Shown here piece by piece: positions 1 to 8,319 of a stretch of DNA of 64,000 nucleotides. The number at the start of each line of letters is the position of its first letter. Position 1 is the first letter of the stretch. The position numbers and the translations under genes are program-made. Origin of the DNA: Bacteroidales bacterium. GTDB taxonomy: Bacteria; Bacteroidota; Bacteroidia; Bacteroidales; UBA1402. The stretch is from assembly GCA_017380635.1 (NCBI GenBank), contig JAFODP010000020.1, forward strand, positions 886-64,885, in the 5' to 3' direction. The notes beneath the pieces were generated by a model, which made no database searches, had not been told where the DNA came from, and worked only from the letters and a program-made list of their open reading frames with translations.

Positions 1-81
1 TTTGCGGGGTTGTTCCACTACGACCTCGAAGCAGGTGCCAAACGAATTGCCCAACTCGAACAAGAATTAGAATCACTATGA
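1..81 (+). CDS. 3' end of an ORF entering from upstream (partial, function unknown)
   Basis: Frame 1 is open from base 1 (..FAGLFHYDLEAGAKRIAQLEQELESL) to TGA at 79-81. It is too short to assign. Confidence 0.25.
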   Translation, partial: FAGLFHYDLEAGAKRIAQLEQELESL

Positions 82-104
82 CTACTTTTGACAGAGTGAG
101 GTGG

Positions 105-112
105 TAGCTTTG
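105..112 (+). promoter_or_regulatory. Bacteroidota-type -7 promoter box TAgcTTTG
   Basis: TAGCTTTG matches TAnnTTTG and lies 23 nt upstream of the ATG at 135. Confidence 0.45.
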
Positions 113-134
113 TGAAAAATTAAATTATGCAGCT

Positions 135-1067
135 ATGATCTATTTAGAACAATTCAGGTTCATGACCTTAGGGAAAGAGGATCGTTTTTTGGCGGACTAC
201 TATCAAAGTCATCCTTGGGACAACGGGTCGCCATATCCCTTTGGCGTACTTTCCAAGCGCGGTTTGCACTCGCTTGATTTCTCCGAAATCACAATTCTGT
301 ATGGTGGCAACGGATCAGGCAAATCGACAGCTCTCAATCTGATTGGCTGTAAACTGAAAGCCGAACGAAGATCTGCTTACAACAAAGGCGATAGGCAGGC
401 GGATTATCTCGCACGCTGCACTTACAAAGAGGGGGTGTGGTATGATGATACCTCTCTGCAGGCCAAAACAACAATCATTACAAGTGATGACATATTCAAA
501 TATATGCTCGATACGCGTGGTAAAAACGAGTTTATATCGATGCAAAGCAACACTGTGCGTGCTGAGGTGGGGCGAATTAAAAGAGCCGCTTCCGACCCTC
601 GATATTACACTGCAAATGAGCGAGATGCTTTACACCACCTCGATTTCGAAACGGGTGAGAATGTTGATACTTTTTCTCGTGTCGTTGATATAAAGAAAAA
701 GAGTTGTGCGCAGTTTATCAAGGAGAACATAGGCGAAAAGACGCAGACCTACTCAAATGGAGAAACGGGTTTTATGAGTTTGGTGGAGAACATTGTTCCC
801 GACAGATTGTATATCCTCGATGAGCCCGAAAATAGTCTTTCCTGTAAATTGCAGCAAGAACTTGCTCGATTTATAGAATCGTCTGCAAAACATTGTGGTT
901 GTCAATTTATTATTGCTACTCACTCTCCATTTTTACTGGCTTTGCCAACGGCCAAGATTTATAATTTAGACGGAGAGCCAGCTACGGTCTCGAAGTTCTG
1001 GGAATTGCCTAATATGCAGTTGTATTATAAACTATTCCACCAGTTTGAGTCGGAATTTCATAAATAG
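135..1067 (+). CDS. soluble ABC-type AAA ATPase (SMC-head/AAA_21-like)
   Basis: Walker A GGNGSGKST, Walker B LYILDEPENSLS and an H-loop-like ATHSPF. 310 aa with no TM segments. Confidence 0.8.
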   Translation: MIYLEQFRFMTLGKEDRFLADYYQSHPWDNGSPYPFGVLSKRGLHSLDFSEITILYGGNGSGKSTALNLIGCKLKAERRSAYNKGDRQADYLARCTYKEGVWYDDTSLQAKTTIITSDDIFKYMLDTRGKNEFISMQSNTVRAEVGRIKRAASDPRYYTANERDALHHLDFETGENVDTFSRVVDIKKKSCAQFIKENIGEKTQTYSNGETGFMSLVENIVPDRLYILDEPENSLSCKLQQELARFIESSAKHCGCQFIIATHSPFLLALPTAKIYNLDGEPATVSKFWELPNMQLYYKLFHQFESEFHK

Positions 1068-1105
1068 GCTGTATGGTTCTGCCGCAATTTGTCAGTGTGG
1101 TGCGG

Positions 1106-1113
1106 TAGCTTTG
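1106..1113 (+). promoter_or_regulatory. Bacteroidota-type -7 promoter box TAgcTTTG
   Basis: TAGCTTTG lies 20 nt upstream of the ATG at 1133. Its sequence context resembles that of the box at 105-112. Confidence 0.45.
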
Positions 1114-1132
1114 CACTATAAAACTTTGGGTT

Positions 1133-1699
1133 ATGGATTTGGATAATATCAATGCTCTTTGTGAAGGAGGAGACATATACGCATCAAATGACGATTATGC
1201 GAATGCTATTCGCTGTTGGTCGTTGGCGGCAGAAGACAAGGCTGACCACGAAGGGAAATACCGATTAGGCATCTGTTACTATGAGGGTAAAGGGGTAGAA
1301 CAAGATATGTTTAGCGCAATCAGTTGGCTAAACAATGCCTCTCGGTCTGGAAGTTTTAAGGCTGCAAAAATGCTTGGCGGTTATTATGAAAACTTGGCTT
1401 ATAGTATTGTTGAACGAGAGGTTTCTGTGACCGATAACCAACTTGCCATATGGCATATTCCTCGTATTGAGAAAATAAAAATTCTTACATATCCAGAACA
1501 TCTCAATAACGCAATAGAATACTATTCTCAGTATCTTATAAATATAGACGCCTATGTTCATTGGGACAATCGGCAGGAAATTGGTTTCGATCTTAAAAAG
1601 AAATCGAGAAAAATTATTGATAGCGAAATCTCCAATGAATTAAAGATTGAAAAATTGAAACGGTTAATGAGGGCTTATGAGGGGTATGAAGATGTTTGA
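1133..1699 (+). CDS. Sel1/TPR-like repeat protein
   Basis: Sel1-type repeats (GKYRLGICYYEGKGVEQDMFSAISWLNNASRSGSFKAAKMLGGYY). Confidence 0.7.
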   Translation: MDLDNINALCEGGDIYASNDDYANAIRCWSLAAEDKADHEGKYRLGICYYEGKGVEQDMFSAISWLNNASRSGSFKAAKMLGGYYENLAYSIVEREVSVTDNQLAIWHIPRIEKIKILTYPEHLNNAIEYYSQYLINIDAYVHWDNRQEIGFDLKKKSRKIIDSEISNELKIEKLKRLMRAYEGYEDV

Positions 1700-2198
1700 T
1701 TGGAAACGGTGTTTCATATTGCAAAGCCGCAGAAAACTCGCTCGGTTATGGGCGGAGATTAGAGCCGCCTGGCGTGAGCTGACTGCCGAGGGACAACCTG
1801 CGAAGGTCTGCGAGAAGCCATATCGTTCAACCGATCCGACCACAAAGGTTGCCACGCAACTTAAATGGATGCTATTGAAAATCTACTGCCCGCAGGTCGC
1901 TTTCGAGTTGCGTGTTACTATGCAACGCCCCAAGAGTCGTATGGGCTACTATGTGCCGGCAAAGCGGAGTATAACGATTCACGGCGGCTGGGGCGATGTC
2001 CACTCGTTGGAGGAGATAGCGATCCACGAATACGCCCACCATATCCACTTTACGGAGCATCGTCGCAATGGCAAGAAGGACACGCCTCACGGACAGAACT
2101 TCTGGCGCATCTACTCAGCACTTATGGCAAAGGCGATAGAGAAGGGGCTTTACAACGATAAATATATTGATAAAATAATAGAGCAAGAAGATGAATAA
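1677..2198 (+). CDS. SprT-like zinc metallopeptidase domain protein
   Basis: HExxH motif in IAIHEYAHHIHF, preceded by a YYVPAKRSITIHGGW context typical of SprT/WLM-like proteins. Overlaps the upstream gene by 23 nt. Confidence 0.6.
   Translation: MRGMKMFDWKRCFILQSRRKLARLWAEIRAAWRELTAEGQPAKVCEKPYRSTDPTTKVATQLKWMLLKIYCPQVAFELRVTMQRPKSRMGYYVPAKRSITIHGGWGDVHSLEEIAIHEYAHHIHFTEHRRNGKKDTPHGQNFWRIYSALMAKAIEKGLYNDKYIDKIIEQEDE
2057..2198 (+). repeat. direct repeat copy A (3' end of the SprT-like gene)
   Basis: About 145 bp, roughly 90% identical by eye to 3393-3537 (cgcaatggcaagaagga...aataatagagcaagaagatgaa). Confidence 0.9.
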
Positions 2199-3138
2199 CG
2201 AAACTTTTGATTGGAACAGCCGCGACCCTCTCTTTGATGAGGTGGCGCATTATGTGGTTGAGCGACAGGCGGTGTCGGCATCGGCTATCAGTGATAAATT
2301 TTGCATCGGTTTTAACCGAGCAGAACGCATTATCAAGCAGTTGGAGCAGGCGTATATTATTGGCGAAAAGTGGAGTTCCCTCCATCCACGAGCAATCTAT
2401 GACTGTTGTTTTCGTAAACTCGATAAGAGATTGGCAGACTTAGCCACCATTGCGCGTCTGCAACCGTTGGAGGATAAGTGGCAGGCAGAAAGGGCTGAAT
2501 ATAAGGCAAAAGAGCAAGAAGAGGAGGGTGAGGAGTATTATTTCAAAATAGCCAATCACCGTCCACTCACAAAAGAGGTACGCGAAAGAGAGGAGGCTCG
2601 TGCTCGCTTTGAGGCAATGACCGAAGAGGAGCGACAAGTCGAAAGAGAGCGTCTTGATAAAGAATGGGAAGAGAAGGATAAAAATTGGGGTAAAGGGCCA
2701 GTCCACGGAATGGAGCGTGAGGATTGGAATGCCTATTGTGGTGCGCTCGATAGACAAAAATCCGATATGATTATGCGTGAACTGCCGTGGGGCGGTGATT
2801 ACGATTGGTCGGATATCTTCTTTATCCTGAAATTCAAAATCGAGCGAATGATTGAATATTGGGAGCAGTTTGGGCATTGTCGTAATGGACATTATATTGT
2901 AAGTACAATGCGTACTGCTTGTCGCCTGATAAATATAGTTCTAAAAAATGGCAACGAGAGTGGTGACTGCGAAAAATTCCCTTATCGGGTGAATCTGCGT
3001 AATGCCGATAGATTTAAAATTTTCCATGACCACAATGGCTATTATGACAAGGGCGATATGCAGAAAGTACGCTATAACAAAGCATACTGTATTTTGTTTA
3101 AGTTTTTGGAGTTTCATCTACATAATTGGTGGGATTAG
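2191..3138 (+). CDS. FtsK gamma-domain (winged-helix) protein with Glu-rich coiled coil and unknown C-terminal domain
   Basis: N-terminal DPLFDEVAHYVVERQAVSASAISDKFCIGFNRAERIIKQLEQAYIIG resembles the FtsK gamma consensus (DPLF..A..V......S.S.LQR...IGYNRAAR.ID.LE..GIVG). Confidence 0.65.
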   Translation: MNNETFDWNSRDPLFDEVAHYVVERQAVSASAISDKFCIGFNRAERIIKQLEQAYIIGEKWSSLHPRAIYDCCFRKLDKRLADLATIARLQPLEDKWQAERAEYKAKEQEEEGEEYYFKIANHRPLTKEVREREEARARFEAMTEEERQVERERLDKEWEEKDKNWGKGPVHGMEREDWNAYCGALDRQKSDMIMRELPWGGDYDWSDIFFILKFKIERMIEYWEQFGHCRNGHYIVSTMRTACRLINIVLKNGNESGDCEKFPYRVNLRNADRFKIFHDHNGYYDKGDMQKVRYNKAYCILFKFLEFHLHNWWD

Positions 3139-3537
3139 TTATGATTGAGAGCATTAGATTTCGTCTCGCCTTGCCCTTTAATGAGACGACAAAAGAGGAG
3201 TTTATTACTATAATTTGGAATGATGTAACCGACCGCTGGGGTGCAGATTTCACACCCGAGATAGGGGCGCGAATACAAATGGAGCTCGACACCTTCGAGC
3301 AAGTAGAGGGGTATATGGAGTATCTCTATTTCGTGTGGAGGGTGGTTTATGACAGCGGATACTATATTATGCCTTATCGTACTCTTGCCCACGTATCGGC
3401 GCAATGGCAAGAAGGATACTCCTCACGGACAGAACTTCTGGCGCATCTACTCGGCGCTTATGGCAAAGGCGATAGAGAAAGGACTTTACAATGACAACTA
3501 TATCAACAAAATAATAGAGCAAGAAGATGAAGAATAG
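3126..3537 (+). pseudogene. mosaic gene remnant: DnaE-like N-terminal fragment joined to a SprT-like C-terminal relic in a different frame
   Basis: The 122-aa ORF carries RIQMELDTFEQVEGYMEYLYFVW, paralogous to RIDHEIAVFKRCGYVEYLLGVV of the 4522 ORF (DnaE R.E.EL.VI..MGF.GYFLIV). From ~3393 another frame reads RRNGKKDTPHGQNFWRIYSALMAKAIEKGLYND.YI.KIIEQEDE, matching the C-terminus of the 1677 ORF. Confidence 0.6.
3393..3537 (+). repeat. direct repeat copy B
   Basis: See 2057-2198. Both copies end at the start codon of the next gene (ATGAATAAC versus ATGAAGAAT). Confidence 0.9.
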
Positions 3538-4522
3538 TGATTTTGATGAAGTAAGTTTTTTACGACGATTAGTAAGGGAGGCTTTTGAATCGGTTAAATT
3601 AATGCCAAGGGAAATAAAGACCATTAAAGCCCCAAGCTATTATGCGTTTGAGTTTCTACTCGACTATGAACGAGGGAAAACTATAAGTAGTGTACGATTT
3701 CACAAAGCAATGGATGAGTATTTGTTAATAGAACTCTATTCTTATCGAGGAGTTATATTGAGAGCTAAAAACGGAGAACCGAAGATTCGTGTGGAATCTT
3801 CCCGACAACACCCTGAGAGTATAAATATTGGTATAAAAACAATAATGCACTCGTATAAGGAGGAGTTGAAAGATATGTCATTGCCAATTGTCTTGGGTGT
3901 TGGCGATAATTATAAGCCTATGATTATCGATTTGGCGAATGTTGGACATATTCTTGTTGGGGGCGCAACATGCCAAGGAAAAACAAACCTGCTGCACGCC
4001 TTTGCGCAGTCTATATACTACTCGCCACGAAAGGTGTCAGAGGGGTGTTTTGTCTATTATATCGACCCCAAAGGCGTGGAAGGACCTCGTCCCTATTTCG
4101 ACTTTTATCTAACGACAATGGAGGAGATTCGTAAGGAGTTGGAGATGTTGTGCGACAAGATCGAAAAACGAATGAACGATACACAACTCTCACGCTATCC
4201 GATAATGGTATTGATTGATGACCTCGCTGATTTTGTAATAACAGATAAATATTTTATGGATATGCTTGTTCGTATTGCCCAGCGAGGTCATTGGGCTGGA
4301 GTCCATCTTGTGGTAACTTCAATTCCACTTAGCAGCCAGATGTTTCCTGGTATTTTGAAAGGAAATATCCCAACACGAATTTGTTTCCGTGTTGTGGATA
4401 AATATGAATCGAGGCTCGTACTCGATACTCCAGACGCAACACTGTTATCACAACAAGGTGAGATGTTTTTCTCGCACAACGGCAAATTAACAAGACTGCA
4501 AACAATTAAAACATTAGAATAA
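3527..4522 (+). CDS. FtsK/SpoIIIE-family DNA translocase motor (soluble, no TM or gamma domain)
   Basis: Walker A GGATCQGKTN, Walker B MVLIDDLADF, and HLVVTS...GNIPTRICFRV matching FtsK IHLVLATQRP..IKANIPTRIAF. Confidence 0.8.
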   Translation: MKNSDFDEVSFLRRLVREAFESVKLMPREIKTIKAPSYYAFEFLLDYERGKTISSVRFHKAMDEYLLIELYSYRGVILRAKNGEPKIRVESSRQHPESINIGIKTIMHSYKEELKDMSLPIVLGVGDNYKPMIIDLANVGHILVGGATCQGKTNLLHAFAQSIYYSPRKVSEGCFVYYIDPKGVEGPRPYFDFYLTTMEEIRKELEMLCDKIEKRMNDTQLSRYPIMVLIDDLADFVITDKYFMDMLVRIAQRGHWAGVHLVVTSIPLSSQMFPGILKGNIPTRICFRVVDKYESRLVLDTPDATLLSQQGEMFFSHNGKLTRLQTIKTLE

Positions 4523-5604
4523 TGAGCGAATATAAGATTAGCGTTCCACGACCGAAACTCCCCAAGAAATTTGCGAAATCACCGGCAAAGTATCTGCGTA
4601 AAAAGGTGATTGATGTTGTAGAAAACATGGGTATATTGACCACAGAAAACCGAGAAGAATATCTGCAACGCATCGACCACGAAATAGCGGTCTTTAAGCG
4701 ATGTGGCTATGTGGAGTATCTGCTTGGTGTGGTAGAGATAACCGAGCAAATGAATCTATTGGGGATATCATATATTGCGGGTCGAGGAGTCTTTTCTGCC
4801 TCGCTGGTCTTTTATTGCTTGCGAATTACGAACATTGACCCCATAAAATGCGACCTAATGTTCGCTCGATTTATGCCCGAGGATTGCCCAAAGTTTACCG
4901 AGGTGGAGCTGCTTATTGGTAAGATTTTGCGCCCATCTCATCTGCGAGATTTGGAGCAGGCAATTGCGAGTAATGAGAGCGAGGGGCATAGCGTAACGCT
5001 TGTAGCGTCAAACATCGCAGGACTGATCAGCAGAGCAAACTACGGGATTTGGGAGAACTGCGGATTGATGCTGTCCGACTTGTCTAATGGTTGCGCTTTG
5101 CGAATACCGCTCGACGATGCCGAGACTTATCGCTCGCTACGCTATGGCGACTTGACGGGAATCTATTGCCTAAATCGTAGAAGATTGGTTAATGAGATGT
5201 ATTTTAATCCGCCGATTTCGTTTGATGATTTGGTGCGTCTTTGCGCCATAAATAGACCAGGGGCATTTGAGATGTTTAACGAGAATGATTCACGATATTG
5301 TTTTCAAGAGGAGATTATGCGCGATGCGATGGCTTGCGGATTTAGCGAGGTAGAGGCTGATGATTTGCGCTGTTCGGTTGGCAGAAAACAGACCGAAAAG
5401 TTGGAGTTGTATCGTCCTCGCTGGGTGACAAAATATGGTGAAGCGAGTTGGCAAACGATGACAGAGTATGGATTGTACGCCTACCCCAAAGCCCACGCTG
5501 TAGTACTTGCCTACATCGCCTACGCAACCGCCTACCTTAAAACCCATTTTCCACAGGAATTTGCCCGAGCAGCATTGTGCGTGGCAGCGAGTGATGGGTA
5601 CTAA
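4522..5604 (+). CDS. shortened DNA polymerase III alpha (DnaE)-like protein, predicted catalytically inactive
   Basis: Collinear DnaE motifs: GRGVFSASLVFYCLRITNIDPIKCDLMFARFM, INRPGAF, LRCSVGRK, YPKAHAVVLAYIAYATAYLKTHFPQEF. Only 360 aa, with no PHP domain. The PDFDVDF site reads PKFTEVE. Confidence 0.7.
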   Translation: MSEYKISVPRPKLPKKFAKSPAKYLRKKVIDVVENMGILTTENREEYLQRIDHEIAVFKRCGYVEYLLGVVEITEQMNLLGISYIAGRGVFSASLVFYCLRITNIDPIKCDLMFARFMPEDCPKFTEVELLIGKILRPSHLRDLEQAIASNESEGHSVTLVASNIAGLISRANYGIWENCGLMLSDLSNGCALRIPLDDAETYRSLRYGDLTGIYCLNRRRLVNEMYFNPPISFDDLVRLCAINRPGAFEMFNENDSRYCFQEEIMRDAMACGFSEVEADDLRCSVGRKQTEKLELYRPRWVTKYGEASWQTMTEYGLYAYPKAHAVVLAYIAYATAYLKTHFPQEFARAALCVAASDGY

Positions 5605-5653
5605 TTCCGGCTACAAAATAGTCCGAATTATTACAAACTAATTCAAGACAAAA

Positions 5654-5694
5654 GTGGCGTATGTGGTGAACTGTGTAGTTCTCTCATACGCCAC
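5654..5694. terminator. 10-bp perfect-stem hairpin (gtggcgtatg / catacgccac), possibly a bidirectional terminator
   Basis: Stem arms at 5654-5663 and 5685-5694. A TTTTG run follows on the minus strand and a T-rich stretch on the plus strand. A second hairpin, gcatctt-tgg-aagatgc, lies at 5712-5728. Confidence 0.5.
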
Positions 5695-5886
5695 CTTGGT
5701 TTATTCACAATGCATCTTTGGAAGATGCTTGATTTCAGTGCTTTACTTTCTTACCTTTGTACTCGTAGTCTTTGGGTTTGATTACGATTTCCATGTAGTC
5801 TTCTATGTAGGATTTCGCAATTTTCGTAAAAACTAACACTGATAATCAATTAGTTAAAATAAAATAATGGTTGCCGAAAGTTTTCC

Positions 5887-6153
5887 TCACAAGGATTTAT
5901 CAACTGCTAAGCGACATAATTTCACGGCAGGGTAACTCTTAATTCTTTTTCTGTTGATAAATCGTTTGCGACGAAATCGATTGAAATCTGTAGGAGAACT
6001 GAAATCGTTTAAAGTGATTTTGTCGTTTGCTAAACTGAAATATCCGACAATTCTATTGCTGAGTTTGTGTTTCAATGTGTAGGTGATGGCAAGCATTTTT
6101 TTTTGCAACTTGCATATTTTGAATGTGTTGCTCAAATAGTCTCGGCTGAACAT
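5887..6153 (-). pseudogene. truncated GNAT acetyltransferase (TacT-like toxin family) remnant
   Basis: N-terminal two thirds of a GNAT (..IVGYFSLANDKI..YPAVKLCRLAVDKSL). It stops just before the Q/RxxGxG acetyl-CoA motif. The next codons read *GKLSATIILF*. Confidence 0.5.
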
Positions 6154-6218
6154 GTTGTATACGAACGAGAGATGATTATCCTGCTGAAAATGCTATTGAA
6201 AGTTCGTAAATGAAATAC

Positions 6219-6226
6219 TATCTTTG
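6219..6226 (+). promoter_or_regulatory. -7 promoter box TAtcTTTG
   Basis: A perfect TAnnTTTG 30 nt upstream of the ATG at 6256. Confidence 0.5.
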
Positions 6227-6255
6227 CGTGTTTGCCGTTATGTAGTTAAAAGCCT

Positions 6256-7164
6256 ATGTCATCGAGAATCATCGCATTGCCCAAGATTTTGGACGATAGG
6301 GGTAACCTTTCGTTCTTGGAGAATGGACATCAGATTCCGTTCGAAATCAAACGAGTACATTGGATTTACGATGTGCCCGGCGGGGAGTCGCGTGGCGCTG
6401 TGGCCTACAAGCAGACCGAAGAATTTATCGTGGCCATGTCGGGCAGTTTCGATGTTTGGGTGGACGACGGCCATACTTGCGAAAAATATCATCTGAATCG
6501 TTCTTACGAAGGCGTTTATGTGCCGCGCGGCACTTGGCGCAAGATCGACAATTTCTCGACGAATTCCTTGGCGGCCATTGCCACTTCAACGCTCTACGAC
6601 GAGCAGGATGCCATCCGCGATTACGACGAATTTGTGGCTTGGGTGGAGCAGTTGCCGAATCTGCAAAGTGCTGTGGATAAGAGTGATTTTTCTGAAGTGG
6701 GGCTCCCGATGCAAACCCCAGGCGGATCCGAAGTTCAGATTCCCGCTTTCAGCGTTCAGGATTGTGAAATCATCAATCTCGACCGACATCATTCGGCGCG
6801 CAAAGGCGATATTTGCGTGGTGGAAAATGCGCGCACGGTGCCTTTCGATATCAAGCGTTTGTATTATCTCTACGATGTGCCGGCCGATGCCGTGCGCGGA
6901 GGACATGCTCATAAACGCTTGTATCAGTTGTTGATAGCCGCCAGTGGATCCTTCACCGTTCGTTTAGACGATGGCAAAGAACAACGCAGTGTCAGTTTGA
7001 AGCGGCCTTATCAGGCGCTGCTTATCAAACCGGGTATTTGGCGCGAAGTGGACGATTTTTCTTCGGGTTCGGTTTGTATGGTGCTGGCCTCTGAGTTGTA
7101 CGACGAAAGCGATTATATCCGCAATTATCAAGCATTTATCGAATATAAACAGCGCGAATTATGA
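6256..7164 (+). CDS. tandem WxcM/FdtA-like cupin protein (dTDP-sugar 3,4-ketoisomerase family)
   Basis: Two FdtA-like cupin halves. The C-terminal half has the canonical VRGGHAHKRLYQLLIAASGSF. The N-terminal half reads SRGAVAYKQTEEFIVAMSGSF. Confidence 0.75.
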   Translation: MSSRIIALPKILDDRGNLSFLENGHQIPFEIKRVHWIYDVPGGESRGAVAYKQTEEFIVAMSGSFDVWVDDGHTCEKYHLNRSYEGVYVPRGTWRKIDNFSTNSLAAIATSTLYDEQDAIRDYDEFVAWVEQLPNLQSAVDKSDFSEVGLPMQTPGGSEVQIPAFSVQDCEIINLDRHHSARKGDICVVENARTVPFDIKRLYYLYDVPADAVRGGHAHKRLYQLLIAASGSFTVRLDDGKEQRSVSLKRPYQALLIKPGIWREVDDFSSGSVCMVLASELYDESDYIRNYQAFIEYKQREL

Positions 7165-8318
7165 TAAAGTTTCTCGATTTGCAAGCAATCACGGCCAAGT
7201 ATCAGGATGAAATTTCGGAGGCGGTCGGTAGGGTAGTGCAATCCGGATGGTATTTGCAAGGAAAAGCCAATGCCGATTTCGAAGCCGATTATGCTCGTTT
7301 TATCGGAAGCGACTATTGCGTGGGCTGTGCCAATGGCTTGGATGCTTTGATTTTGATTTTTCGTGCTTATCTTGAATTGGGTTATCTGCAGCCCGGCGAC
7401 GAAGTGCTTGTTCCGGCCAATACCTTTATTGCCAGTGTTTTGGCTATCACAGAAAATAATCTGAAACCAGTCTTGGTTGAACCCGATCCTGAAACTTTGC
7501 AAATCGACGAAACGCGTATGGAAGCGGCTATCACGCCTCGTACGAAAGCGCTTTGTCTGGTGCATCTTTATGGTCGCAATGCCTATACGCAGGCTATTGC
7601 CGCGCTCTGCGAGCAACATCATCTGCTTTTGGTGGAAGATAATGCGCAGGCCCACGGCTGTCGTTGCGGCGAGCTACGCACCGGTGCTTTGGGTCATGCG
7701 TCGGGACATTCTTTTTATCCCGGAAAAAATCTTGGCGCCTTGGGCGATGGCGGCGCTGTCACCACCAACGATAAGGCCTTGGCCGATACCATCCGCGCCT
7801 TGGCCAATTATGGTTCGCAGGCGAAATATGTGTTCAAATATGCCGGTCGCAATAGTCGTTTGGACGAAATACAAGCGGCCGCTCTGCAAGTGAAACTGCG
7901 TCATTTGGAAGAAGATAACGCACATCGTCAGGCAATTGCTGCCTATTATTACGAGCATTTGAATCATCCTTGCTTGCGTTTGCCTCGCCGCTTGCCCGAT
8001 GCAGAAAACGTGTATCATCTATTTCCGATTTTCTTGCAAACGAAGGCTCAACGCGATAGTTTACAAGCCTATCTGACAGCACAAGGCGTGCAAACCTTGA
8101 TCCATTATCCTATTCCGCCGCATTTGCAGGAATGCTATGCCAAAGCGCCTTGGAACGATTACGCAGCTGTTGCAGCCACTGCACACTCGGCAGCGCAGCC
8201 GAGCCAACTTTCCATTACCGAGCATTTGGCCGATACCGAACTCAGCCTTCCCATCAGTCCGGTGATGTCCATTCAAGACGCGCAAATCATCGTCGAACTG
8301 ATTAATCATTGGCATTAA
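7161..8318 (+). CDS. DegT/DnrJ/EryC1/StrS-family sugar aminotransferase (FdtB/WecE-like)
   Basis: HSFYPGKNLGALGDGGAVTTND (PLP-lysine context). ATGA overlap with the upstream gene. Confidence 0.85.
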   Translation: MIKFLDLQAITAKYQDEISEAVGRVVQSGWYLQGKANADFEADYARFIGSDYCVGCANGLDALILIFRAYLELGYLQPGDEVLVPANTFIASVLAITENNLKPVLVEPDPETLQIDETRMEAAITPRTKALCLVHLYGRNAYTQAIAALCEQHHLLLVEDNAQAHGCRCGELRTGALGHASGHSFYPGKNLGALGDGGAVTTNDKALADTIRALANYGSQAKYVFKYAGRNSRLDEIQAAALQVKLRHLEEDNAHRQAIAAYYYEHLNHPCLRLPRRLPDAENVYHLFPIFLQTKAQRDSLQAYLTAQGVQTLIHYPIPPHLQECYAKAPWNDYAAVAATAHSAAQPSQLSITEHLADTELSLPISPVMSIQDAQIIVELINHWH

Positions 8319-8319
8319 T

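Noticed and set aside
5654-5836. 60-aa hydrophobic plus-strand ORF after the DnaE-like gene
   Set aside because: It starts at a GTG inside the left arm of the terminator hairpin and spans both hairpins, so it is more likely non-coding 3' UTR or intergenic sequence.
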